Of a stretch of DNA of 47,869 nucleotides, positions 1-12,424 are shown piece after piece. This DNA is from Chiloscyllium plagiosum (lineage: Eukaryota). The position numbers and the translations under genes are program-made. The stretch is taken from assembly GCF_004010195.1 (NCBI RefSeq), contig NC_057752.1, forward strand, positions 13,181,969 through 13,229,837, read 5' to 3'. Every line of letters starts with the position of its first letter. Within the stretch, counting starts at the first letter, position 1. The notes under the pieces were generated by a model that had not been told where the DNA came from, searched no databases, and worked only from the letters and a program-made list of their open reading frames with translations.

Positions 1-576
1 AATTGGAGGTGTAGTGGACAGCGAAGAAGGTTACCTCAGATTACAACAGGATCTTGACCAGATGGGCCAATGGGCTGAGAAGTGGCAGATGGAGTTTATT
101 TCAAATAAATGTGAGGTGCTGCATTTTGGGAAAGCAAATCTTAGCAGGACTTATACACTTAATGGTAAGGTCGAAGAGAGTGTTGCTGAACAAAGAGACC
201 TTGGAGTGCAGGCTCATAGCTCCTTGAAAGTGGGGTTGCAGGTAGATAGAATAGTGAAGGCGGCGTTTGGTATGCTTTCCTTTATTGGTCAGAGTATTGA
301 GTGCAGGAGTTGAGAGGTCATGTTGCGGCTGTACAGGACATTGGTTAGGCCACTGTTAGAATATTGCGTGCAATTCTGGTCTCCTTCCTATCGGAAAAAT
401 GTTGTGAAACCTGAAAGGGTTCAGAAATAATTTACAAGGATGTTGCCAGGGTTGGAGGAGTTGAGCTATAGGAACAAGCTGAACAGGCTGGGGCTGTTTT
501 CCCTGGAGCGTCGGAGGCTGAGGGGTGACCTTATAGCGGTTTACAAAATTGAGGGGCATAGATAGGGTAAATAGGC
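1..576 (+). mobile_element. CR1-clade LINE fragment (RT C-terminal region), degenerate
   Basis: LRLQQDLDQMGQWAEKWQMEF..KCEVLHFG..QRDLGVQ; in-frame stop at 311-313. Same subfamily as 30180-31100. Confidence 0.92.
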
Positions 577-1890
577 AATTCACAGCTAAATGGAGAGGTA
601 GCATATTCTGATAGTAAGAATAGGGATGCCACATAATTTGGAAGGTGCAAGTCTCGATGGGATAGAGGACTGAAGGATACAAAGACACCAACCAAAGGTG
701 TACCGCAGATTAGAAAGGCCCATAGCATATACCCATCCAGATGCCTTTTAAAAGTTGCAATTATACCAGCCTCCACCACTTCCTCTGACACCTCATTACA
801 TACACACACCCACACTCTACATGAAAGAGTTACCCTACGGTCTCTTTTGTATCTTTCCTCTCTTACCCTAAACCTATGCCCTCTAGTTCTGGACTCCCCG
901 ACCCCAGAGAAAAGACTTGGTCTATTTATCCTATCCATGCCCCTTATGATTTTATAATCCTCTTTGGAGGTCACCCTTCAGCCCTTGAGCTCTAGAGAAA
1001 ACAGCCCCAGCCTATAGCTCAAATCCTCAAACCCTGGCAACATCCTTGTAATTTTTTTCTGAACCCGTTCAAGTTTCACAACATCTTTCCAATAGGAAGA
1101 CCAGAATTGCACACAATATTATAAAAGTGGCCGAACCAACGCCTTGTACAGCTGCAGCATGACTTCCCAACTCATATCTTCAATGATCTGACCAATAAAG
1201 AAAAGCATACCAAATGCCTTCTACACTATCCTATCTACCTGCGACTCCACTTTCAAGGAGCTATGAACCTGCACTCCAAGGTCTCTTTGTTCAGCCACAC
1301 TCTCAACAACCTTACCGTTAACTGTATAAGTCCTTGCTAGGGTTTGTTTTCCCAAAAATGCAGCACCTCGTATTTACCTAAATTAAACTCCATCTGCCTC
1401 TCCTCAGCCCATTGGCCCATCTGATCAATATCACGTTGTAATCTGAGGTAACCCTCTTTGCTGTCGACCTCCAATTTTGGTGTCATCTGCAAACTTACTA
1501 ACTATACCTCTTATGCTCACATCCAAATCATTTATATAAAATGGCAAAAAGTAGAGGACCCAGCACCATTTTGTGTGGGACTCCTCTGGCCACAGGCCTT
1601 CCAGTCTGAAAAACAACCCTCTGTTTTCTACCTTTGAGCCAGTTCTGTATCCAAATGGCTAGTTCTCGCTGTATTCCATGAGATCCAAACTTGCTAACCA
1701 GTCTCCCATGGGGAACCTTGTTGCATGCCTTACTGAAGTCCACACAGATCGTGTCCACAGCTCTGCCCTCATCAATCCTCTGTTACCTTTTCAAGAAACT
1801 CAATCAAGTTTGAGAGACATGATTTCCCATGCAGAAAGCCATGGTGACCATCTCTAATCAGTCCTTGCCTTTCCAAAAACAGATAAATCC

Positions 1891-2003
1891 TCAAAGTTTG
1901 TGCGAAGATTTGTAGCTCGGGTGCTCGTTGTTGTGGTTCTGTTCGCCGAGCTGGAAGTTGTTGCAACAAAAACTTCCAGCTCGGCGAACAGAACCACAAC
2001 AAC
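1891..2003. mobile_element. Short fold-back insertion (probable PLE terminus) inside the CR1
   Basis: Perfect 33-bp inverted arms 1927-1959 and 1971-2003. 13-bp TSD aacagataaatcc at 1878-1890 and 2001-2013. Interrupts the CR1 RT frame. Confidence 0.8.
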
Positions 2004-4326
2004 AGATAAATCCGGTCCCTCAGGATTCTTTCCAACAACTTACCCACCAGTGACGTCAAACTCACTAGTCTATAGCTCCCTGGCTCTCTTACCATCTTTC
2101 TGACATAATGGTACCAAGTTAGCCAACCTCCAGTCTTCTGGCACCTTGCCTGTGACTATCGATGATACAAGTATCTCAGTAAGAGGCCCAGCAATCACTT
2201 CCCTCGCTTCCCACAGAGTTATAGGGCACACCAGATCAGGTCCTGGGATTTATCCACCTTTATGCGTTTCAAGGCATCTAACATATTCTCCTCTGTAACA
2301 TCGATCTTTTTCAAGATGTCACCATCTAATTCTCCACATTCTACATTTTCCATGCCCTTCTCCACAATAAACACTGACGCAAAATACTCGTTTAGTACCT
2401 ACCCCATCTCCTGCAGCTCCACACAAAGGCTGCCTTGCTGATCTTTGAGGGGCCCTATTCTCTCCCTAGTTACCCTTTTGACCTTAATATATTTGTAAAA
2501 ACCCTTTGGATTCTCCTTAACCCCATTTGCCAAAGCTATCTCATGTCCCCGTTTTGCCCTCCTGATTTCCTTCTTAAGTATACTCCTACTGCCTTTATAC
2601 TCTAAGGGTGCATGCGATCTATCCTACCTATACCTGACATTTGCTTCCTTTTTTTTCTTAACTAAACCCTCAATTTCTCTAGTCATCCAGCATTCCCTAT
2701 ACCTACCAGCCTTCCCTTTCACCCTGACAGGAATATACTTTCTCTGGATTCTCGTTATCTCATTTTTGAAGGCTTCCCATTTTCCAGCCGTCCCACCTGC
2801 GAACATCTGCACCCAATCAGCTTTTAAACGTTCTTGTCTAATACCGTCAAAATTAGCCTTCCTCCAATTTAGAACTTCAACTGTTAGATTTGGTCCATCC
2901 TTTTCCATCACTTTTAGAACTAATAGAATTATGGTCGCTGGCCCCAAAGTGCTCCCCCACTGACACCTCAGTCACCTGCCCTGCCTTAGTTCCTAAGAGT
3001 AGGTCACGTTTTGCACCTTCTCTAAGAGGTACATCCACATACTAAATCAGAAAATGTTCTTGTAGACTCTTAAATTCCTCTCCATCTAAACCCTTAACAC
3101 GATGGCAGTCCCAGTCTATGTTTCTAAAGTTTAAATCCCCTACTATAACCACCCTATTATTCTTCCAGATAATTGAAATGCCCTTACAAGTGTTTGTTTC
3201 TCAATTTCCCTCTGACTATTAGGGGATCTATAGTACAATCCCAATAAGGTGATCATCCCTTTCTCATTTCTCCGTTCCAACCAAATAACCTCCCTGGATG
3301 TATTTCCGGGAATATCCTCCCTAAATACAGCTGTAATGCTATCCCTCATCATAAATGCCACTCCCCCTCCTCTCTTGCCTCCCTTTCTATCCTTACTGTA
3401 GCATTTGTATCCTGCCAGTCCTGAGCCACGTCTCTGTGCTATGATATCGCAGTCCCATGTTCCTAACCATGCCCCGAGTTCATCTGCCTTCTCGGTTAGG
3501 CCCCTTGCACTGAAATAAATGCAGTTTAATTTATCAATCCTATCTTGTTCTCTGCCTGCTCTGACTATTTGACTTGCTTCTTTTCTCAAGTGTACCAGTC
3601 TCAGGTTGATCTCTTTCCTCAGTATCTCCCTGGATCCCACCACACCCCCTTACTATTTAAATCCTCCTGAGTAACTCTAGCAAACCTCCCTGCCAGTACA
3701 TCAGTCCACTTCTAATTCAGTTGCAATCCATCCTTCTTGCACAGGTCACTTCTACCCAGAGAGAGATTTCAATGACCCAAAAATGTGAATCCTTCTCCCA
3801 TACACCAGCTCTTCAGCCACACATTCATCTGCTCTATCCTCCTATTCTACCCTCACTAGCTCGTAGCACCGGGAGCAATCCAGATATTACTACCCTTGAG
3901 GACCTCCTGTTTAAATTCCTGCCTAACTTTGTATTTTCCCTTCAGATTCTCATCCTTTTCCCTTCCCATATCATTAGTACCAATGTGTACAATGACCTCT
4001 TGCTGGTCCCTCTCCCCTTTGAGAACATTCTGCACCCTCAGATATCCTTGATCCTGGCACCAGGGAAGCAACATACCATTCTGATTTTTCCCTGCTGGCC
4101 ACAGAACCATCTGTCTGTGCCCCTGACTAGAGAGTCCCCTAACACAATCGATCGTTTGGAACCCGATGTATCCCTCATTATATTAGAGCCAGTCTTGATG
4201 CCAGAAACTTGGCTGTTCGTGCTACATTCCCCTTAAGTCCATCACCCCCTACATTTTCCAAAACAGCATCCTTGTTTGAAATGGGGATAGCCACAGAAGA
4301 CTCTTGTACTGCCTGCTTTGCCTTTC

Positions 4327-4410
4327 CTCGGATGCTGCCTGAACTGCTGTGCTCTTCCAGCACCACTAATCCAGAATCTGGTTTCCAGCATCTGCAGTCA
4401 TTGTTTTTAC
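4327..4410 (+). mobile_element. PLE 3'-end fragment inserted in CR1 ORF1
   Basis: ctcggatgctgcctgaactgctgtgctcttccagcacc...ccagcatctgcagtcattgtttttac matches the PLE end at 39487-39580 (minus). Flanked by cctttc on both sides. Confidence 0.8.
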
Positions 4411-5289
4411 CTTTCTTGGAGTTAACCCATCTACCTGACTGTATCTGCGGCTTTTTTCCCTTCCCCTAACTGCCAACTATCATACCCCCTAGCTCTTGTA
4501 AATTCCACATTGCCTCCAACTGTTGCTTGAACTGATCCATTTGATCCGACAGGATTCCCGACATTTATTAATCCTCAGTAACCCTTAAACTTTCCTGAAA
4601 CTCCCACATCTGACAAGAGGAGTATATCACTACACTAAAGGCAATTTTGCTCCTTCCAATCTACAGACCCAGAAAATAGTACTGTCTTATTGCTCTACAA
4701 AACACCACTCCAGACTAACTTAATATTTATGGCTTATATTTTAAAAATGTAATCAAGAGACAGATCCCAATAAAAACATAAATCAAGAAAGAACCCACTC
4801 TACTTATTATTGTAGATTTACAGCAAGGTGATACTTAAAACTATTTTCCTTTCTCTTTCTGTGCTGTGACCTCTCCCAAACAGGTCTCTCCAAGATTAGT
4901 TGTGAATTTCGCTGTTTAAGTTTTCCTTGACACACTCCAATGTCCAGCGATAGATGAATTCAAACAGTTGTGGCAGTAACTGCACAGATTCACTGCTGTG
5001 TCAGTTAGCAGCGTGGTTTTCTTTCTCGCTCTCTCTCCCTTACAGACCATGTGTTGTGCCTTTGTCAGTCCTTCTCCCTTTCAAAAGTGCTGTGGTTTTT
5101 ACTTTTTTTCCCCCCAAAGTTCCAAAGCAATTGCAACAGTATCTAAAACAGTAATTGCTGCTCCTGGAATTCGAGGAAATCATCTCCAACACCAAAAATA
5201 CCTCAGAAAAGGAGTAGCCTATTGCAGTCAGAAATGTTTCCCCATCCGCCATCTTCGAATACCCAGAATCCTCATGAGCAGCTATCATT

Positions 5290-5530
5290 CTCCTAGACCT
5301 ACTGTTATCCACTCCTTTGTCTGTCTAACTGTTCTTCTCCCTCTTTGAGCTCTATCTCCACCCATCATTTACTCCTTATGCCCTGCTCCTACCCTCTCCT
5401 ACATAAAAACCAACTACCCGAGCTACCATCAGATCTGAAGGATTGCTGGACCTGAAATGTTAACTCAGGTTTCTCTCCACAGATGCTGCCAGACCTGCTG
5501 ATATTTTCCAACAATTTCAGTTTTTGTTTT
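5290..5530 (+). mobile_element. Older PLE 3' end with decayed hammerhead motif
   Basis: C/T-rich tract, then CTGAAG...GAAATGTTaact, then acagatgctgccagacctgctga, related to the younger PLE tail. Confidence 0.6.
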
Positions 5531-5699
5531 ATACTGCGCCATTAACTCCCTTGATCAGTTCTTTGGGTAACATCCTGAAGAAACTTCACCAGTTCGGGAA
5601 ACAACTTTCCACACTCAAATTTACACTGACTATACCAAGTTAGATCATTATTATCCTTGCCAGTTTATCACAGATTATTATTATAGATTTTTAGTATTT

Positions 5700-6330
5700 T
5701 CTGTACTACTGTTATAAAGTTAAGGTCTGTAGTTCCCCAGTTTTTATCTCTCCCTCCCTTCTTTATCAGTGGAGTGACATTTGGTACCTTCTAATCTACG
5801 GAAACCGTTGCAGAATCTAACCAATGCATTCAATATTTCCATAGCTACTTCCTTCAACATTCGCAGCTGTAGACTATCAAGTCCCAAAGACCTATTAGCC
5901 TTCAGTCCCATTAATTTCTCCAATACAACATTATTAATACTAATTTCCACCAATTTCTCATTCTGCCTCATGCTTTAGACCTAGAATTCTGAGAGATATA
6001 TTGCATCTTCCTCTGTGAAGTCAGAGATAGTATAATAATTCACCTTCTCTGCCATTTTACTATTCCCCATTATAGATTCTCCTGATTGCCTGTCTGTAAA
6101 AGGACACATTTATCTGAGTAAAGATTCTCTTTATACATACCAATGAAAGCATCAACAGTCCCTTTTTAATTGTTTTTTGCTAACTTCCATTAATTTTCTA
6201 TTCTCGCTTTGTTGATCAGTTTCTTGATTTTCTTTTTTCTATACACTAAAATCCTCCCTTTCCTCAGCTTTACCATTATTTCTAGTAACATTACAAACCT
6301 TTTCTTTTAAGGCCTATATAATCCGTAATG
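5700..6330 (-). mobile_element. Old CR1 ORF2 fragment
   Basis: VLEKLMGLKANRSLGLDSLQLRMLKEVAMEILNAL, corresponding to the CR1 KSPGPDGIHPRVLKE region. Confidence 0.75.
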
Positions 6331-6599
6331 TCTTGAAGGGGCAGGGGTTTGAGCACAACTGACCAAACCAGCAAAATACTAAGATTAAGAGGAAATTTAT
6401 TATTTTGGAGTTTCCCATATAAAAAATACATTCTGGTCAGTCAGGATCCACCCACGAAACTGACCATATTGCTAGCTTGACCATATTGTAAGCTCACACC
6501 AATGATGCAATTAGGTAAAGCAGCTATGCACACCTTTTAAATATTTTCACTCAAATAACTGATTTAAAAGGTTGTTATATTATACTGTTTGTAAAGGAA

Positions 6600-6704
6600 T
6601 AGCAGAGCGAGAGACAGCGCGCGCAAGAGAGAGACACAGCGAGACGGGGGGGTGCAGAGAGAGACAGAGAGAAGTGGGGGGGGAGAAAGAGACGCAGACA
6701 GAGA
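6600..6704. repeat. Degenerate (GA)n/purine-rich microsatellite
   Basis: gagagagacacag..gagagagacagagagaag runs interspersed with G tracts. Confidence 0.7.
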
Positions 6705-6774
6705 CCTTTTGTGGGTAGTAGTATAACCAGAGGCCATTAAATATATTAAAAAACTGAAAGAACTGCAGAGGCTG

Positions 6775-6878
6775 TGATTCAGAAACAAAAACAGAAATTG
6801 CTGGAAAAGCTGAACAGGTCTGGTTCCTGTAGAGAGAAATCAGACTAAGGTTTCAGATTGAGTGACCCTTCCTCAGGT
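6775..6878 (-). mobile_element. Older PLE 3' end with decayed hammerhead
   Basis: Reverse complement reads CTGAGGA-agggtc-actc-aatct-GAAAC-CTT, followed by ccagacctgttcagcttttccagcaatttctgtttttgttt. Confidence 0.6.
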
Positions 6879-7139
6879 GGCCATTAATATAAAATAGTTA
6901 CCAAGAAATCAAAAAGGGAATGGAGAAGAAACTTTCATGAAAGAATGGCAAAAATGTGGAAGTGTTACTGCATTTAAGTACAAGCCAGACAAGTATATTA
7001 AGGAGAAGGGAATAAAGGGTTAGGATGGTAGCTGTCAATGAAAATAGATGGGAGATACGAGTGAAACGTACAAACTGGTATTGGGTGGTTGGACCAAAAA
7101 TGGACAGTGACATATACCATGTCTGTTCGCATGCAGTAT

Positions 7140-7423
7140 AGGGATGGTACAGTGGCTCAGTGGTTAGCACTGCTGCCTCACAGCACCAGGGGCCCAGGTT
7201 CGATTCCAGAGACTCTGTCTGTCTGTGTGGGTTTCCTCCCACAATCCAAGGGTGTGCAGGTTAGGGTGGATTGGCCATGCTAAATTGCCCCATTGTGTCC
7301 AGGGTGGTATAGGTTAGAGTGGATTAGTTAAGGGTAAATGGGTCTGGGTGGCTTACTCTTTGGAGGGTCAGTGTGTACTTGGTGGGCCAAAGGGCCTGTT
7401 TCCATACTGTAGAAATTCTATGA
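7140..7423 (+). mobile_element. tRNA-derived V-SINE (HE1-like), internally deleted
   Basis: Pol III A/B boxes (tggctcagtgg, ggttcgattcc), V-domain gggtttcctcccacaatccaa, and a CR1-like tail gggccaaagggcctgtttccatactgta. Confidence 0.85.
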
Positions 7424-7539
7424 ATAAATCATGTCATCAACAGTTCTGAAATAACTGCCAGCTGTCCTTTACAAATGCAGTACTTCGCTACATGAGATTG
7501 CACTGAAGAATGATCTTAGTGCCGCTGTACACTGGTATC

Positions 7540-7545
7540 TTTATT
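7540..7545 (-). promoter_or_regulatory. Candidate polyadenylation signal AATAAA for the GORASP2-like gene
   Basis: AATAAA on the minus strand ~560 nt after the candidate stop, near the end of a unique block (7430-8570). Other AATAAA hexamers exist, e.g. 6396-6401. Confidence 0.25.
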
Positions 7546-8097
7546 AAGCTTTTGAGAAGAAGTTGAGTATTTTCAGCAAATCTCAACCAACATCAGAACA
7601 GCATAGACACCTGAACTTTTGTCATTAACTTCCTGCTGAAGTTGCTGATTATGACAAAATATTCCAAAATCTTCTGAAAAGTAATGTACATTGAAAAGCA
7701 GGAAGGTTGCAAGTCTGTTTTAAGAGCTACTTCTCTGGAAGCCAAACACAAGGCATAAGTGCACACTAGTGTTGAGTGCCACAGCGCTTGCACCCATCAT
7801 TTTGATCTGCACAAAAATTAAAAGAAAACGAATTGCAGTCAAAGGCAGTCACATTGTGCTTGAACAATTGCAAGCGAGTGCTGAAGTGTACACTATGTAA
7901 GCCAATACCGCTACATCTTAATTCATGCAACAGTATGGTTAACAGCCAACTCTCTACAAGGATAATAGGGAAAAGTATCCAACTTCACTGGAACAATAAC
8001 TTACTGTGCTAGACAGAGACAGGCACTGCTGATTAAGCAGAATCTACTGAAAATGGCTTCTAAATTAAAGATAGAAAAGGAGGATGATGAAACAGAT

Positions 8098-8168
8098 TTA
8101 TCTTGCCCATATGGGCTCTGAGTGGATAATCTCAGAGACATGATGATCCTGGGCAGGGGTTGAACCTT
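8098..8168 (-). CDS. Candidate terminal coding exon of the GORASP2-like gene
   Basis: Strong acceptor gttttctcttgatctttcag in unique sequence. In phase 1 (matching exon 7) it reads EGSTPAQDHHVSEIIHSEPIWAR*. No recognisable homology, so this rests on splice signals only. Confidence 0.35.
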
Positions 8169-8577
8169 CTGAAAGATCAAGAGAAAACATATTGAAAAAA
8201 AATTGGGAACGATAACCAAAGAATAACCATCGCAGAAGCAGGACTCTGGGCTCAGAGTTCAGAGAGGGAGTACATACGCTTCTATACAACTGAAGCCTGG
8301 CCAAATATTGCTTACCAGTGCGGTTAACAACTAAACTCTCAAGAGTGATTTTGAGGTAGCTTTATTTTGCAACCCAATGCAACTTTATAATGAAGTGTTA
8401 AAAGTTGATGTCAGTAACAGTACAAGGTGTAATCATGGTGTCCACTGGCAGAGAGGGCAATGGACACCAATTACCTTCCTCAGCCAGTGGAGGAGCAAAG
8501 ATTCACAACAGCTACATATGTGCACATGCAGTCACTCGTGTACAGATCCAACATACATAAAGCATGCATCATATGGG

Positions 8578-8773
8578 ATAGTAAGCGTCATACAGCATGG
8601 AAACAGACCCTTCGGTCCAACTAGTCCATGATGACCATGTTTCCAAACTAAACTCATCCCGCTTGCCAGTGTTTGACCCATATCCCTCCAAACCTTATCT
8701 AAAAGGTCTTTTAAATGTTGTAACTGTACCTGCATCCACCACTTCCTCTGGCAGCTCATTCCACACACACAAG
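8578..8773 (-). mobile_element. CR1 3' end fragment
   Basis: Reverse complement: WNELPEEVVDAGTVTTFKR, plus 3' UTR ggaccgaagggtctgtttccatgctgtatgac. Confidence 0.85.
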
Positions 8774-9415
8774 TCCCAACTACCACTCAATACTAGTATA
8801 GGGAGTTGGGAAAAAAGTGCTGACACAGTAGGTCACAGTTAATACAGCATTACTGCACGATATCTATTCTCCCTGCAATACTTTTGCGATTAAACTTTAT
8901 AAGCGAAACACACTAGCACAGTCTCTCCTGTTCCCAGTGGTACAGCTCTATTCCTCCTGTCCACTCACTCCAGCACCCAAAGCTAGTGACACTACCCTTT
9001 CCATGAAAGACATGTAACATCCCAATCCAGCTCCCTGCTGTTGCAAGTGCCTGTTCACAATCTGCCAACTGATGCTTGGTGTCTGCAAACCAGTGGTTGA
9101 AAAATCATGGCTGGCTGCACACTCATGGCTGCTGGTCACAATTCTAGAGCTCTGCTCCCCCTTTCGAGCAGCTTCTCCAGTTTGTTGGACTCTTCCCCTC
9201 ATGAGGTAATGGAATGTTTACAGCTCCATCAAGCATCACCAAAACCACTGGCCCAACAGCACCTCAGGCAATTCCACATTCACGTTTCCAGATTTCAGTC
9301 CAATACAGTCTTCAGAAATTTTCCAATTCTTTTAATAATTTCGATCATTTGCAATTCAACTCTATTCTTTTGACTGGCAACTGAGGCCAAATCGGATTTG
9401 TTTTCAACAGATGCA

Positions 9416-10247
9416 GTAGATTACATTTGTGGAGGGACTGGTAAATTTCTGTCAGATGTGGAATGATCCTTTGAGGGCTTGGACAGAGGTGAGGGGAGTG
9501 GTGTGGGTGCAGGTTTTGCAACTCCCCCGCTGTCCCCACCACCACCACCACCAGCACGCCCACACCCCACTTTTGGCACCTTCCCCTGTCATCGCTGGAC
9601 TTGCAAAACCTGCGCCCACACCACTCCCCTCACCTCACCTCCATCGAAGGCCCCAAAGGATCCTTCCATATCTAGACAGAAATTTACCTGTACCTCCACT
9701 AATGTCACCTACTGAATCCGTTACATCCGATGTGGTCTCCTCTGCATCGAGGACACAGGACGCCTCCTTGCAGATTGTTTCAGAGAACACCTCTAGGACA
9801 CCTGCACCAACCAACCCCACCACCCTGTGGCTGAATATTTCGACTCCCCCTAGAACATACAGGTCTTTGGACCTCCTCCACCACCAAACCGTTACCACCC
9901 AATGCCCAGAGAAAGAACGCTTCATATTGTGCCTTGGGACCCTGCAACCACACGGGATCAATGTGGATTTCACCAGTTTCCTCATTTCCTAACCCCCACA
10001 TTATCGCAGGCCAAAGTCTCCAACTCAGCACTGCCCTCCTGACCTCTCCATCACCTGTCCCATCTATCCGCTCCATTCCCCTGACCTATCACCTCCTCCA
10101 CCTATTGCCCCCCCACCGCCCATTTATCTCGCAGCCCCTCGGCCCATAAGCCTCATTCCTGATGAAGGGCTTATGCCCGAAACATTGATTTTCCTGCTCC
10201 TCGGATGCTGCCTGACCTGCTGTGCTTTTCCAGCACCACACTCTACT
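9416..10247 (+). mobile_element. Penelope-like element 3' part (GIY-YIG remnant, C-rich UTR, hammerhead end) with inverted 5' segment
   Basis: GTFPCHRWTCKTCAH..FTCTSTNVTY and ERFILCLGTLQPHGINVDF resemble the PLE GIY-YIG region. 9416-9520 is an inverted copy of ~9602-9712. Hammerhead motif at 10159-10186. Confidence 0.85.
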
Positions 10248-11210
10248 CATTCTTGCTTAAGCACTGCCTTGATTTGGAAACTGGTGAGAATTTTAAAAAC
10301 ACTCTGGTGCCCCACCTTACACTTTCTCCATAATCGCCGCCAAATCCTACAATCATCAGATATCTATTGGCCTAATTCCAACCTCGTGAGCATCCTCTTA
10401 TTTTAAATCGGTCCACCATTTCTTGCTGTGCCCCGTACGGGGCAAGAGATATGGGGAGCTGGTTTTCAACTTCAGAGTGGGCTTGGGAGGCCAAATGTCT
10501 TACGCTTGTTCTCGTTTCCTATCTTCTGAAACCTGTATGGCCCTCTACCTCACGTTCCTCCTTCAAGACACTTTTTAAAACCAACATCTTTGGTCATCTG
10601 ACCCAACAACATGTCCTTGTGTGTCTTGTCTTGCATTTGTTTCCCAATATTTCAGTGAAATATCTTGAAATTTTATTAAAAAGGTGCTGTACAAATACAA
10701 GTTAACACTTGGCAGATTACAAGAAATGTTTACACATTCCACAATTCTGTACGTCTCAGGTTCTGGCTACATTTATGCTTGAAAAGCAAAGCAACTCATG
10801 ATTTTCATTTCAGATGTCAAGAGATTGACTCCAGTTAGGAGACAGGAGAGTCAAGCATTATTGAATGCTGTAAATTGGAATGGATAATGTTCCCATGCAC
10901 CTGCTGCCCTTGACCTTCTAAGTGGCAGATATCATGGATCCAAGGGGTGCTGTTGAAGAAGCCTTCTATTGTTACTCCAGTGTAACCATTACATGCTGCA
11001 GCCACGATGCATGTGCCAACGATGGACAAAGCAAATGAGGGGTTAATGGACACAGTGGGTCAGCAGGATAACCAAAGTCGCATCCATGATCTAGTACGAT
11101 AGAAAGCGGCCTGAAACTTATAACAGGGATGACATCTGCCAGCATTGCAGAAATCACTTCCTGAAGTAGTTTGTGACGGAAAAGCACCATTAACGCAATT
11201 CTACCAGTAC

Positions 11211-11331
11211 CTGGTGTGAATGCGCCTGCGATTGAAGGAGATGTTGTTCCCAGCCTGAGATCGCTCAGCTCCTTTGGCAGGCCTGAGGGTATGTTACTCA
11301 TTGCAGGAGCGCTCGGAGCTGAAAGAGGAAC
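11211..11331 (-). CDS. GORASP2: GORASP2-like coding exon 7 (Ser/Pro-rich), 121 bp, phase 0-1
   Basis: VPLSAPSAPAMSNIPSGLPKELSDLRLGTTSPSIAGAFTP plus G, loosely parallel to GORASP2 VQLSSVNPPSLSPPGTTGIEQSLTGLSISSTPPAVSSVLSTG. Strong pyrimidine-rich acceptor ending tttgtag, donor gtactg; in frame with exon 6. Confidence 0.75.
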
Positions 11332-12424
11332 CTACAAAGAAAAGAAACTTTAGAACATAACCCTACATGTGTCATTACGAATATGGCAACATGAGAGGGG
11401 GGGAAAAATAAAATGCACATTTAAGATAGAATAATTCGAAGGCTCACTTGTACTTCCATTGGTTTCTATGCCTCCTGTAAACAATAATGGGAACTGTTTC
11501 AGTTAATTAACTGACCGATGTGGATTTCACAAATAGAAAACATCCAACAAGTAGGCCATCAAAACTATTCCTGCCAGATATCATTTTGATACCACAGGCA
11601 GAATAGGAAAGCTCTCATTCCACTTTGTGCTTGCACCAATACTGTGGTCAGAAGTCCCTGCAGGACTAGGGCTCTTCCTTGCTTGATGCGCAGTGCATTG
11701 CGTTTTGCGCTTTAACACCATGCTCAGCGCCAAAAGGAATTGTACAGTTCTCGACAGGAAATGAGACCTTCCGCTGAGAAAGGGAACAGTTTATAACACC
11801 ACCCAGGATCAACACCTCAATGGCACCATCTATAAATGGAGCAGTCCTTTGCCTTCAAATCTCTACTTTGTCAAGGTGACAGGACTAAACTCACCAACAG
11901 CACATCACTCCATCCACATTTAGTGTTTATTAGCACAGGGGATTAAACTTGCCAAGTCAAACTACATCTGCAGTGCTGGCAAAACAGGTATTGCAGTCGA
12001 ATCTCACCAACACTAAGCCTGAATATCAGCTCGGATGCTCAGTGTGCAAAGTCAGGGTTGATTTCCTGCTCTGCTGTGTTGGCTAATTTCACTCTTATCT
12101 CTATTATTCTTGTCAAGTAGACAACTGAAGACATTTTAGGGTCATGTATAAAGAACAACCACTCACGCTTGGTAGGAGATTGCAACAGCGAGATTCACAA
12201 ACCTTGCAAAAATTGCAACAGCGTTTTTTTTATTTTTAGGGAGGGTTGGGGGTGAAAGAGAGAACACAATATTAAACTTCCATCCATAATTCCACAAGGC
12301 AATCAAGCAAACGCCAGGAAACTGGGTGACCCATCACTCACTACACTTACATTTAAATGAACTGCTGCACTCAGAAATGATGGGCTATACAGGACTTAAT
12401 GAAAAAGATTTCCTCATAGAAAGG

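Larger units (their letters stand above)
730..5275 (-). mobile_element. Near full-length degenerate CR1 LINE (5' UTR, esterase-type ORF1, APE endonuclease plus RT ORF2)
   Basis: ORF1 remnant EVIVHIGTNDMGR. Endonuclease remnants KRGGGVAF and LLGLYYRSPNSQREIE. RT remnants YRLVSLTSLVGKLLERI, VDFSKACNKVPHGRL, SKFADDTKIGG. Many frameshifts; nested inserts at 1891-2003 and 4327-4410. The 5' boundary is approximate. Confidence 0.9.

Noticed and set aside
576..730. Spacer between two tail-to-tail CR1s as a unique element
   Set aside because: Resembles an older, decayed CR1 RT fragment.
8775..9415. Unique, coding-looking sequence, including ORF 8948-9202 (-)
   Set aside because: All minus-strand frames are broken by stops, there is no clear acceptor and no recognisable homology. 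Could be UTR or an old repeat.
9429..9992. 187-aa Pro/His/Thr-rich ORF
   Set aside because: Mostly an off-frame reading of a C-rich PLE remnant and its inverted segment.
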